Virus record (IMG/VR): IMGVR_UViG_3300030012_002528
Coordinates: 1-64,000 of that record
DNA length: 64,000 bases
Reading direction: 5' to 3' (one strand)
From: a virus
A program made the translations under genes and the position numbers. Positions 10,856 through 20,239 of this stretch are shown here, in pieces. Within the stretch, counting starts at the first letter, position 1, and every line of letters begins with the position of its first letter. The notes under the pieces are model-generated. The model ran no database searches. It was not told the origin of the DNA and saw only the letters and a program-made list of their open reading frames with translations.

Positions 10856-11448
10856 TACAAAATGTTCTGTATCTGACTGATGACGTTTCTGACTGCATCT
10901 AAGTCCTCATCGTTAAGCGTTGCACCCATATTAACATCAACAGCCAAGAAGATATAACAAAAATTGTTTTTATTATGGATTTCCTTCACATGAAAACAAT
11001 GTGTTTCTGACACTTTTTGTGTTACTAATAAAGGTCGAAGTAATCCATTTTTATTTAAATCCTTTATACTTCTTATAGCTTTACCATCTTGATATATTTC
11101 TTGTACCATGTGTATGTACTCATTATCAAGAGTTTGTTTGTTAAATGTGTGAGTGAATTCTGTGGGGTTAATAATTGTTCCGTAAAGGAGCCCCTCTGGT
11201 TTCACCATGGTCCCCCCGTTAGATACGTGTACAAGAACCGCTTTGTTAACATTAGCCCTGTTTTGTAACAATCTAGCTAACGTATCAAGGTGTAATTTTG
11301 TAGATACTACTTGACCGAAATCAGTTTCCTTCCTCCATCTTTTTGGTAGCATATATTTAAAGGCATCGAAGTTTGAGCTTACCACCCCTAGAATTCCACC
11401 TACAAAAACACTCAAAAGCCCTATAATGGCTATCCATAATTCAATCAT
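10855..11448 (-). CDS. holin-like protein (single TM plus soluble domain)
   Basis: N-terminal TM then alpha/beta domain, T4 gpT-like architecture. Confidence 0.35.
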   Translation of the reverse strand: MIELWIAIIGLLSVFVGGILGVVSSNFDAFKYMLPKRWRKETDFGQVVSTKLHLDTLARLLQNRANVNKAVLVHVSNGGTMVKPEGLLYGTIINPTEFTHTFNKQTLDNEYIHMVQEIYQDGKAIRSIKDLNKNGLLRPLLVTQKVSETHCFHVKEIHNKNNFCYIFLAVDVNMGATLNDEDLDAVRNVISQIQNIL

Positions 11449-11471
11449 CTTAAAATATTTTATATATATTA

Positions 11472-11738
11472 TTAGTCAATGTCACCATCAACCCAACCTG
11501 AATAAACACTAAATGTTCCGTCTAAGTTATAAACATACTTACCTATGATAAACTCATCATCAGGAAGTTGAGTTCCTTCAGGTACATCAACTATTTCTAG
11601 GGGGTCTGTTGAGTTAGCTCTTGTCACTTTATGTGGTGTTGCGTTATCCCAAGCATAGTATACCCCATCACTCTCTAATATAATATTCTCTGCGATTAAA
11701 CAAATTTGCCTATCTGATTGTGTTACTAAAAATTTCAT
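11472..11738 (-). CDS. small tail-fibre-associated protein
   Basis: Directly after the fibre gene; GKYVY...W C-terminal motif. Confidence 0.4.
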   Translation of the reverse strand: MKFLVTQSDRQICLIAENIILESDGVYYAWDNATPHKVTRANSTDPLEIVDVPEGTQLPDDEFIIGKYVYNLDGTFSVYSGWVDGDID

Positions 11739-13135
11739 TACGAATTTGTTATTTCAAAGTTATTCATTACTACACCTCTAAATGCTGTACCTGCTCCTTG
11801 TGTTCTATAAGAAGATATTGCTGCTCCGTGGTCCTTGTCAACTTGACCTATAAATGGCTGTCGCATTGGATGCCCACTTGTTGGATTGGTTGTGTCTTCT
11901 AATACAATGTCTGAATCAAGTGAGTTGTATTTTGACACATCCCAGGTGTTTGCACTTGAATCATAGTACACAGGAAATACTTCCATATCACCTGTGCTTG
12001 AGCCACTATTCCAAAAGGTTGTTCCTAATATATAGTCAGTTTTGCTGTCTTCTTGGCCATTATAATATTTACGCAAAGTATGCTCAAGACCTCGCCTGCT
12101 ACTGTTTCCAAAACTTGCGGGTGTGGCCACTGTAAAGGTTGTGCCATCGTAGGTGCAAGTAGTTAATTCTACATCATAGTTAATCCTATCTAAATACATT
12201 AAAGGAGCCCTACCATCTTCTATGCTCCAAGGAGCATCAAGCATAGGGTGATTAGAGCCGCTTTTATATAGGGTATCACCTATAACTTCTACAAGCGTAT
12301 TGGTGCTTGCATTGTACTCGTATACAGCGTAATACAACACACCTGTCGAAGTTGCTGACTTTACGTAAAATATAGCAAAGCAATGCTTGCCTCCTATCGT
12401 TCCTAAGTTGACAAGTTGATTCATACCATTACCTGAGCCACTTGTACCCATTGGATAAAGTATGCCTCGACTTGTAATTGTTTGTGAACTTATGTCTAAA
12501 TCCCACACTCGTGCATATGGAAAAGCTCCTGGTTTTGTTAGGCCTGTAGATGCAATTGTATATACATTGGCACTTGGGTTATTTATAACTGCAAATTTAG
12601 GTAGCCTGTCTATATAGTTGTTTGTATCTCCATCATTTACTGTGAAGTCTATGGTTATGTTATTTGTACCACCATTATATGTGCACACCTTAAATACGTT
12701 ACCTATCCCTACTTGTGGGACAATCATAACACATTTAGAGTCTGTTAACCTAATCATGCCAAAAGCTTGTCCCCTAGCGTAAGGGTCAAAGTCAGCTGTA
12801 CCGTTAAAAACAAGAGTTGAACTAGAACTTGTGGTCAGAGTTGAACCACTTTGCGTTACACCAATCGCTGTTAAATCTTGGTTGTCTGCATTACCTGCTT
12901 GTGCAAGTATATATACATATCGACCTAATTGAAGTTCAACGCCTCTACCATTTATATTGGCATCGTTACCGCCAGTTATAATATTTGATTGTGTACCAGC
13001 GTTAGTAATCCCAGATATTGTAGAACCACTTGCAAATAGCATCCCATTAATGCTTGTAATAGCAGATGCACCTACATTATCCACTGATGCAATATCAACA
13101 GCTGTTACTCCATTAAGTCTATCTATAGTAGACAT
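11738..13135 (-). CDS. putative receptor-binding/fibre protein
   Basis: 465 aa, short N-terminal repeats (I.S..GV/NV) then a beta-rich, propeller-like body. Confidence 0.5.
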   Translation of the reverse strand: MSTIDRLNGVTAVDIASVDNVGASAITSINGMLFASGSTISGITNAGTQSNIITGGNDANINGRGVELQLGRYVYILAQAGNADNQDLTAIGVTQSGSTLTTSSSSTLVFNGTADFDPYARGQAFGMIRLTDSKCVMIVPQVGIGNVFKVCTYNGGTNNITIDFTVNDGDTNNYIDRLPKFAVINNPSANVYTIASTGLTKPGAFPYARVWDLDISSQTITSRGILYPMGTSGSGNGMNQLVNLGTIGGKHCFAIFYVKSATSTGVLYYAVYEYNASTNTLVEVIGDTLYKSGSNHPMLDAPWSIEDGRAPLMYLDRINYDVELTTCTYDGTTFTVATPASFGNSSRRGLEHTLRKYYNGQEDSKTDYILGTTFWNSGSSTGDMEVFPVYYDSSANTWDVSKYNSLDSDIVLEDTTNPTSGHPMRQPFIGQVDKDHGAAISSYRTQGAGTAFRGVVMNNFEITNS

Positions 13136-13138
13136 AGA

Positions 13139-13423
13139 TTATTCTTCTAACGGTTTAAATCCTCCGTATTTCTTGCCTTGTTTACTTGCTTCTGTTCTAG
13201 CAGCTTCTAAAAGTTTCCTTATAAATATTTCCTGAACAGGTACAACTTCTATATGAGTTGTAAGGTGATTATTTTTATCAGCGTCAAATGTTTTTTTATC
13301 TGCATACACTTTGTATTCCATGTTAGCAGACATAGTCTCCACGTCTATAACAATTTTGTGAACATCAAGATATGCTTTTGGTACTGTTAAACCTTTGAAT
13401 GTGATTGAACCTTGTAATGCCAT
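13139..13423 (-). CDS. small fibre-associated protein
   Basis: 94 aa, MALQGSITFKGLTVPKAYL start, between fibre genes. Confidence 0.4.
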   Translation of the reverse strand: MALQGSITFKGLTVPKAYLDVHKIVIDVETMSANMEYKVYADKKTFDADKNNHLTTHIEVVPVQEIFIRKLLEAARTEASKQGKKYGGFKPLEE

Positions 13424-13436
13424 TTTTTCTAAAATT

Positions 13437-14132
13437 TTAAGATAATAATATAAAGTCAGGAGATGGGTTAAAATAAATTATTGCGTCACCTAGAAGAGGA
13501 GCAGCAACACAATAACCAGCTATTCTAACATATTGTCCTGTAGTTGATGGTGCAGTACCAGAAAAACCTCCATTTACAAAATATACAGGTTGACCTATAC
13601 CTGCTCCAGGTGCACTTGTTCTAACTAACCCTTTTATAAGAAGAGTGTTACCAGTAACTCCTATAGGACTAGGAACAACAACTCCTATCATGCGACTCAT
13701 CTGGGTGGGTGATGTTATATCATCAAGTGCGGCAGCAGAACTATTCTCAAGAAAACCTGTAAGATAAGCAGGAGCTCCTAATGTAAGAACAGTTCCAGTT
13801 GTTGTTTCATATACATCTCCTTTATACTGTCCTGTAAAAGCAGCTATATCAGTATTCTTAAATATAGTAGTTGTAGTATCTGCATCATCCTTCCAAATGG
13901 GTTCTAAGGAAGCATTTAATGCTAACACTTGTCCTTCTGTTCCTGGTGCTGGAAGTTCTCCTTCATCTTTCCATACAGGGTCTAAATCAGAATTAAGTGC
14001 AAGAACTTGTCCTTCTGTACCAGCTGTTGCTGGTTGTTTAATAAAATACTTTGACAAAAGGTCATACTTACTAGAATAAGTACAACTTCCGTCCCATATC
14101 CATTTTTTTGGTATTAATACTTCTTTTGTCAT
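13437..14132 (-). CDS. fibre-like structural protein with internal duplication
   Basis: GTEGQVLALN..L.P.WKD twice; TTGQYVRIAGY C-terminal motif; ATG at 14132 preferred over the track start at 14156. Confidence 0.5.
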   Translation of the reverse strand: MTKEVLIPKKWIWDGSCTYSSKYDLLSKYFIKQPATAGTEGQVLALNSDLDPVWKDEGELPAPGTEGQVLALNASLEPIWKDDADTTTTIFKNTDIAAFTGQYKGDVYETTTGTVLTLGAPAYLTGFLENSSAAALDDITSPTQMSRMIGVVVPSPIGVTGNTLLIKGLVRTSAPGAGIGQPVYFVNGGFSGTAPSTTGQYVRIAGYCVAAPLLGDAIIYFNPSPDFILLS

Positions 14133-14150
14133 TTTATATACATTAAAAAA

Positions 14151-14182
14151 CCCCAATCCCTACTGATAGTAGAGATATGGGG
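14151..14182 (-). terminator. intrinsic terminator
   Basis: Imperfect CCCCAATCCCTACT/AGTAGAGATATGGGG hairpin with A-run to its left. Confidence 0.45.
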
Positions 14183-14220
14183 CTCTTACTTTAATAATTA
14201 ATTGAGCATTTTCATGTTGT

Positions 14221-15057
14221 TTAAATTTCTACGCTCATATTCCATGAACACTGTAGGGTTGTGTTCTGTAATGCATTTAAATTGTTCATTGCCAGTCCTA
14301 ATAACAAAACATCCCCTGCTTCTACTTTCTCAGTAACTGTATGAGAGAGTGTAAAGTTAAAATAGAATTTATCATTTGATGAACAAGATATGTCTGGTGC
14401 TCTATCAGAAATAGACTCCAACATTACTATTGTACTATCACAAGCAGCTGCCTGCATTACATTCGCTTTAGGGAGCTTCATAATAGCACTACAGGCTCCA
14501 AGAGTGTTAGCTGCGACTCCTGCTCTAATTGCTGCAATGTTCCAAGATAAATTGATAATAGAGCCTACTGGGATATCAAAAGGTACAGTAATTCCTGCCC
14601 CTAAGTCTTCTTCAGTAATTACTGCCGTAGACCCACTAGCTGTGTTTATAGTTGCGGTAGACGTGTTTGAACCCCAATCAACTGATGCCCACGTAGAAGC
14701 TACTTTTACTGAGGGAAGACCTGAAATAAAAGAAACTGCTATTGCATATTCTTGAGGAGAAGCTATTGTTTGTGGAAAGTCCACACTTCCTGCGGAAACA
14801 CGAAAGTTAGATGCGCCTAACAATAATTTATCTTTAGCTGGAGAAGCTGTTTTCTTCCCATAAGCTACAATGTTTCCTTCTTCGTTGATATATATTTGGC
14901 AATTTACAAGACCTTTTTCTTTAGCTTCAGCATCGTCTTTGTAAACTGGTAAAGAACCCAAGATAGAAGATAGTCTCACATATCCTGCAGGTATATTACA
15001 GTTTAAACCTAATACTTCCGATTTAGGTATAGCAACATCGAAATTTTTTTTAGACAT
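14221..15057 (-). CDS. putative head fibre/decoration protein
   Basis: Follows the auxiliary capsid gene; N-terminal C.IPAGYVRLSS...LPVY domain. Confidence 0.45.
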   Translation of the reverse strand: MSKKNFDVAIPKSEVLGLNCNIPAGYVRLSSILGSLPVYKDDAEAKEKGLVNCQIYINEEGNIVAYGKKTASPAKDKLLLGASNFRVSAGSVDFPQTIASPQEYAIAVSFISGLPSVKVASTWASVDWGSNTSTATINTASGSTAVITEEDLGAGITVPFDIPVGSIINLSWNIAAIRAGVAANTLGACSAIMKLPKANVMQAAACDSTIVMLESISDRAPDISCSSNDKFYFNFTLSHTVTEKVEAGDVLLLGLAMNNLNALQNTTLQCSWNMSVEI

Positions 15058-15070
15058 AATAATATTTTTT

Positions 15071-15097
15071 AAAAAAAAGGGGGAGGAAACCCTCCCC
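15071..15097 (-). terminator. intrinsic terminator
   Basis: A8 followed by a GGGGGAGG-AAA-CCTCCCCC hairpin. Confidence 0.8.
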
Positions 15098-15114
15098 CGA
15101 TTTAGTTAGGTGAA

Positions 15115-17520
15115 TTATGCTAACGCTTCGCAATCAAGAGACCCTCCGAGAGCATCTATGATTTGAGTGTAGCTACAACCTGCAGCGTGGGGAATCAAGA
15201 AGATATATCTAATGTCTTCTCCCATTCTGCGGCTTGCAGTGCCAGCATAGTTGTTTCTTCTCAACTTAACTGTGAACTTGTCGTACTGAACGCAAGGCTC
15301 AAGTTTAGTTTCGAATCCACTTAAGTAACCTTCAGCGTAGCTCTTTCTTGGAGAGATACCAGCGAAGTATTCTGCAGAAGCTTTCTCTTGCTTCATGTAG
15401 TTGATACCCCAACCAGTTCCATCGAAGTCTCTCTCGTGACGAGTTACTCTAAATGGAGTAGTTACGAATTTGTAACCTTCCATCAACACTGCAGGAGCTT
15501 CACCGCCAGAAACTTGGATTTTAACTCCTTTAGGAGTGAAAGTACCAATTTGGTCAGCAAGCATTGCTGGAGGACACAAGAAAGCGTTCTTAGCAACGAA
15601 TTTGATACCACATTCGCAGTCGTCTGGGAACTCTCCACCAACTCCTGTGATAGTAAGAGTAACTGAACCTACATTTAAAGCATTAAAATCAGCAGCATTT
15701 GTAATGTCGATAACAATTGTATCTCCTATTGAAAGACCTGAGCTAGGATTTCCAGCATCTAGAGTTACAACAACTGCATCTACTGCAGTAGTGCTTAGAG
15801 TTACATCAATGTCAAACTCTGAACCTGCAGGAGCTGTGACAGATGGAGATGCTTCAGTTAAAGCTACTGCACCAGTTGTATCAGCGTTAACTGTAGCTGC
15901 AGATGTATCAATAGAGAAAGAAGTAATCTCACTAGCACCGACTGTTCTTTCAGACCATGCAGAAAACTCATAGTCATCTGGCATAGCTGGGAAAATTGGG
16001 TCTGGAGTTTCACAATCGTCACATACATGCCCAGATGTTAATGTGCCTGTGAAACGTGCTCTACACTCCCCAATATCAGCAGTAGATAAAGCTACGCTTA
16101 ATTCAGGATAAGCAGCTTGCAATTCAGCAAGTTTTGCGTTTGCAGCAGCAGTTCTTGCAGCAGCAGTAGCGAATGGTCCGCAATCTAGGTCTACGTCAAG
16201 CTCGATAGTCTTATTGAAGACATCACACTGCTTTCCTTCAACCCAAGGAATCTCAGTAGCAGAGTAAGTAACAATACAAACATTGTCTCCTTCTCCTACA
16301 AATGATACTTCAATATCACTTGCAGTAATACTAGGGTTAATTCCTATAACAGCTGCTATAATCGCATCAAGACCTGGGTCTGCATCTGCAACTAATACCC
16401 AAGTTACAGAGTTAAGAGGCCCGTCAGCTCTTCCTTGTGAATGAGCTGCAGAAGTAGTAACACCTGCAATAAGGTTAAGGGCATTTACAAGGTTACCATC
16501 ATTAATGTTTCCATCCTCATCGTCTGCAACAAGTTTCCATACATAACCTCCTGGTATTTCTGTAGCACCGCCTGGACAAGTGTCACAGTCAGTAAGAATT
16601 TTAGTTACTTCAGAAGTTCCATTTCTTAATAATGTAGCAGGCTCTCTAAAGTCATTTGCTGGCCCATTAGCGTCAATAACTTGGTAAGTTGAAGTAGAAC
16701 CTTCTCTTGAGATTCTTTCTACAACAACATCGTCAGATAAATCAGGGTCTGTAAGTGCCCAGGCTTGTACTTGAGCAAGTGCTTCGCCAGTACCTTCGTC
16801 ACATCTCTCTAATGTAGAGAAAGTAACTGTACTTGCTGGAGTTAACTCAGGAGCACAAGAGTAAGTACCAATAACTTCTACTAAGTCACCTACTTTGATA
16901 GATGCGCCTGTACCCATATCAGAACCTGTACGAAGTTCGTGCTCTCTGATAGTTTCAACTAAGTCATGTGTAATAGAATGACAAGAAGTGGTAGCACAAG
17001 GGTTAAGACAGTTGTCGCATGCTTCAGGAGAACCTGAGAATACGTTAAATGTCATGTTTGCGATTCCATCTCGGAAACCAAGGTAAGAAAGCTGCTCACC
17101 AAATAATTGTAATGAAACTGTAGTAGCTTCATTCTCTTTCAATTGGATTCCAGTACCAGCTGTACCATTATAACCTAAAGTTACTTCAGAGTAAACTGGT
17201 GCTTTTGCTGTGTCATATGTCACATCAAGAATATCCTCTCTTTTGAAAGGAATGGTAGCAAAGTTTTTGTTTGTCATGTTACCAGCATCCTGAGTTCTTC
17301 CAGTACCTACTTGGATTTGGAATAATTCATTTTTGCCGTAAGCATCCAAACCGTTAACAGCTGCCATACCATTTGCAGTTTTTGAAGCTACTCGGAAAAT
17401 ACCTACCTGCCCATTGGCAAGTCTTAGTGACCCTCTGCCTGCAGGGGCCACTGATTGTTGTCCTAAATCCGATAGGACCATCAGCCTTGAATATGCTGAG
17501 TTGTGGGAACGTGAATTCAT
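15115..17520 (-). CDS. auxiliary capsid/structural protein (crAss gene-73 position), enlarged
   Basis: 801 aa, third large gene after the MCP; Cys-rich with Thr/Ala/Asp-rich inserts. Confidence 0.55.
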   Translation of the reverse strand: MNSRSHNSAYSRLMVLSDLGQQSVAPAGRGSLRLANGQVGIFRVASKTANGMAAVNGLDAYGKNELFQIQVGTGRTQDAGNMTNKNFATIPFKREDILDVTYDTAKAPVYSEVTLGYNGTAGTGIQLKENEATTVSLQLFGEQLSYLGFRDGIANMTFNVFSGSPEACDNCLNPCATTSCHSITHDLVETIREHELRTGSDMGTGASIKVGDLVEVIGTYSCAPELTPASTVTFSTLERCDEGTGEALAQVQAWALTDPDLSDDVVVERISREGSTSTYQVIDANGPANDFREPATLLRNGTSEVTKILTDCDTCPGGATEIPGGYVWKLVADDEDGNINDGNLVNALNLIAGVTTSAAHSQGRADGPLNSVTWVLVADADPGLDAIIAAVIGINPSITASDIEVSFVGEGDNVCIVTYSATEIPWVEGKQCDVFNKTIELDVDLDCGPFATAAARTAAANAKLAELQAAYPELSVALSTADIGECRARFTGTLTSGHVCDDCETPDPIFPAMPDDYEFSAWSERTVGASEITSFSIDTSAATVNADTTGAVALTEASPSVTAPAGSEFDIDVTLSTTAVDAVVVTLDAGNPSSGLSIGDTIVIDITNAADFNALNVGSVTLTITGVGGEFPDDCECGIKFVAKNAFLCPPAMLADQIGTFTPKGVKIQVSGGEAPAVLMEGYKFVTTPFRVTRHERDFDGTGWGINYMKQEKASAEYFAGISPRKSYAEGYLSGFETKLEPCVQYDKFTVKLRRNNYAGTASRRMGEDIRYIFLIPHAAGCSYTQIIDALGGSLDCEALA

Positions 17521-17531
17521 AGTGTTAAAAT

Positions 17532-18200
17532 TTAATTGTTGTTAATAATCCTGTCCTTGTTAATTGTTACTAAATTGGCATCGCCATAATTTCTAAAGAA
17601 TGATTCAGCACACATAGAAATTACTTTGTTGACCCACCAATCGGTGCCTTCTGGGTCTATGTTTGTAGATGCAGTATCATCTATTTTTATGTAACCTTCA
17701 ATATCAATTGGACGAGGGAACCTGTAATAAGTTACTATACCTCTGTCAATTGTGAAGTCTTTTGTGTAGACATTTAGGTTGTTATTACCTATATAATAAG
17801 GTGCTTCTCGGTACCTTATAGAGGGGGCGTTATTAGCGTCTATAGCTAATTGCTCTTGGTCAAAGTTTTTTATCTCGAATAAACTAAGACGGATGTTTTT
17901 ACATTCGTCTGTGTCTACATAAGCATACGCACTTGACACCTCAAACCAATCATCGTTAAGGTCTAACGGTACTATATTATCTATAGCTGGTAAAGGTTGA
18001 ACATTACTATCGACCTCTAAGAACGTCTCGACATCTATAATGTCTTCATCATTTCTGAAGTCTAGACAATAATCGAGGAACCTAATTTGTTCTTCATTAT
18101 AAAGAAGTACGAACCTATCTTTAGAAGCTACTATATTATTAGAGCTTAAGTTTCTATTTACTTTAGTTAGAAATCTTAAGTATGCTTCTTGTACGTTCAT
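17532..18200 (-). CDS. ring/head-tail connector protein (crAss gene-74 position)
   Basis: TYYRFPRPIDIEGY motif; synteny. Confidence 0.6.
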   Translation of the reverse strand: MNVQEAYLRFLTKVNRNLSSNNIVASKDRFVLLYNEEQIRFLDYCLDFRNDEDIIDVETFLEVDSNVQPLPAIDNIVPLDLNDDWFEVSSAYAYVDTDECKNIRLSLFEIKNFDQEQLAIDANNAPSIRYREAPYYIGNNNLNVYTKDFTIDRGIVTYYRFPRPIDIEGYIKIDDTASTNIDPEGTDWWVNKVISMCAESFFRNYGDANLVTINKDRIINNN

Positions 18201-18202
18201 TA

Positions 18203-19114
18203 TTATTCACTCTGCAATTGCTCTAAAAGCTCTTCGTTTCCGACTTTTGTAAGGGTGACGTAAGCTTGTTGAGTAGTTCTTCCTAGCTTTTCTCCTTCAA
18301 AATAGAAGGTGCCTTCTTCTTTAATAATTTTTCTTCTCTTTATAAAGTCACTAATTCTGTTTTTAATTAGTACTTCTTCGTAATCAGTATTTTTGATTGT
18401 CTCTAGAATGTAATCTAGGTTTCTAACATCAGATACCCATCTCTCAAGAAGTGATAACATTACACCTTTTGTGGCACTCTGTCCTCTACGTAAAGCTCCT
18501 ACATATTGTAAATATTGCTTTAGTTTGTCAGTGTCTTTTGCGTACATGTTACCAAACCAAGTCATAACTTCTAATTTCTTTTCAGAAGTAGAAGTTTGGT
18601 CATTGGTAGTCTTTGTAGTATCTACAATAGCATACAAAGAACCGTTGTATCTTGGGTTACTACCATCGCAGCTAGGTGTGATTTGTCCTCCTCTATAAGC
18701 TAAATAAAGCTTAAAGTATTGGTCCATATCTGCTGTATCGATAATAGAATTGTGAGATAAATCAATACCACAGTGTTCTGAAGCTAAAAAGTCCTTTTCA
18801 GTTAAATTAGGATTAGTCTTAATGTAGTTAGCAAGTTTAGACTCATACCAATCGATAAGGTTCTTTCTTTCTTTAAGAATTTTAGTTATCTCTGTTTTAG
18901 ACTTACCTCTAAATTCTGATGAATTTTCATCAAATCCAGTGTCATATCTACCAGTCTCAGGGTTACCTACGAACAAGCATCTTGCTGGTTCAGCTGTGTA
19001 TGATACCATTTTATACCTATTGATTTCTCTCAAGGCTCCTGGTGTTGAATCGTCTACTTTTTCTACAATACGATAAATTCTGTCTTTAGCGACTTCAAAG
19101 CATTCTGAATACAT
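18203..19114 (-). CDS. conserved capsid-module protein (crAss gene-75 position)
   Basis: GRYDTGFDE and YFEGEKLG motifs; synteny downstream of the MCP. Confidence 0.55.
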   Translation of the reverse strand: MYSECFEVAKDRIYRIVEKVDDSTPGALREINRYKMVSYTAEPARCLFVGNPETGRYDTGFDENSSEFRGKSKTEITKILKERKNLIDWYESKLANYIKTNPNLTEKDFLASEHCGIDLSHNSIIDTADMDQYFKLYLAYRGGQITPSCDGSNPRYNGSLYAIVDTTKTTNDQTSTSEKKLEVMTWFGNMYAKDTDKLKQYLQYVGALRRGQSATKGVMLSLLERWVSDVRNLDYILETIKNTDYEEVLIKNRISDFIKRRKIIKEEGTFYFEGEKLGRTTQQAYVTLTKVGNEELLEQLQSE

Positions 19115-19154
19115 AATTGGTTAATTTAAGTGGTTTTTAATGTTGTAAGTTTCC

Positions 19155-19427
19155 TTACTTTAATTTTTTAAGGGTTAGAGCCAGCCGAGCTCTTTGCCCC
19201 ATTTTATCTTTGCGTTTAGCTGTCTTTCTGAGCCAAGATACTTTTATGTTGCCATCTTTATCGATAGCTTTGTCTCTTTTGGCTGCAGCTTTTAGTGCTC
19301 CAGGTTTCTTGATGGCCCCTTTAATCCAGTTTTTGGACTTTCCTTGTTTACCTCCGCTTCTTTTTCTAGAGCAAGAAGATATTCCGTGGGTACCATCACC
19401 TTGAGGATTACTAAATGGAGACCTCAT
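19155..19427 (-). CDS. small basic protein
   Basis: K/R-rich, NWIKGAIKKPGAL...RARLALTLKK. Confidence 0.6.
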   Translation of the reverse strand: MRSPFSNPQGDGTHGISSCSRKRSGGKQGKSKNWIKGAIKKPGALKAAAKRDKAIDKDGNIKVSWLRKTAKRKDKMGQRARLALTLKKLK

Positions 19428-19437
19428 AGGGTATTAA

Positions 19438-19956
19438 TTACCCTCTGAAAGGTGACTTTTTGCCTCCCATTTCTTGGACTCCAAAACCTCCTTTGGTATC
19501 TTTACCTCCAGACATTTTTCTTTTAGCATGACCTCCAGACATTTTTCTTTTAGCCTTCTTAGCTTTCTTTTTCTTGCCCCCATCTTTTTCTTTAGTAGCA
19601 AGTTCTTTTCTAAGAGCATCAAGAGACTCCGTATACCCTGCCACTGGTTCGCCTCCGTATTGTGTCTCCATAATGTTTGTAACAACAGGGTCTCCCTTAC
19701 CTAACAAAGGATTTGAAGGTGGTGAACTCACATTAGCAAACGTTCCCGTTCCCTTAGTAGCAAGTTCTTTTCTAAGAGCATCAAGAGACTCCATATATCC
19801 TGGTACTGTAGTACCCCCGTATTGTGTCTCCATAATTCTTGTAACAGCAGGGTCGCCCTTGCCTAACAAAGGGTTATAACGGGTGGTGTCTGCTACTTGC
19901 TTTCTTGATACTTTTTTTCTTTTTGCTTTACTTTTTGATTTCTTATGATAAGGCAT
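19438..19956 (-). CDS. basic protein with internal repeats
   Basis: About 41-aa duplication (NPLLGKGDP...ELATK) and KRKMSGG twice. Confidence 0.6.
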   Translation of the reverse strand: MPYHKKSKSKAKRKKVSRKQVADTTRYNPLLGKGDPAVTRIMETQYGGTTVPGYMESLDALRKELATKGTGTFANVSSPPSNPLLGKGDPVVTNIMETQYGGEPVAGYTESLDALRKELATKEKDGGKKKKAKKAKRKMSGGHAKRKMSGGKDTKGGFGVQEMGGKKSPFRG

Positions 19957-19973
19957 TGTTACGAATTATATTA

Positions 19974-20186
19974 TTATTTAAAAGGAGACTTCTTAGAGTT
20001 ATCAACACCCATTCTTTGTGTTTCATCTTTTTTAGGAGAAGTCTTTTTAACCGCTACTTTTTCTTGTTTAGAAGAAGAAGAAGAAGAAGAAGAACCTGCT
20101 TCGCTTTTAAGCTGATTAGCAATTTTAATTAATTGATTAGCAATTTTTTCTGCTTTACCTCCGTCCATTTTTCTTTTGTAGCCCAT
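19974..20186 (-). CDS. small basic protein
   Basis: KIANQL twice, poly-Ser, ends KKSPFK. Confidence 0.6.
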   Translation of the reverse strand: MGYKRKMDGGKAEKIANQLIKIANQLKSEAGSSSSSSSSKQEKVAVKKTSPKKDETQRMGVDNSKKSPFK

Positions 20187-20198
20187 TACTTAAAATTT

Positions 20199-20226
20199 AA
20201 AAAGTGGGGGAGGGTTACTCCCCCAT
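20199..20226 (-). terminator. terminator after major capsid gene
   Basis: A-run plus TGGGGGAG-GGTTA-CTCCCCCA hairpin. Confidence 0.8.
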
Positions 20227-20239
20227 TTTAAAGGTTATC

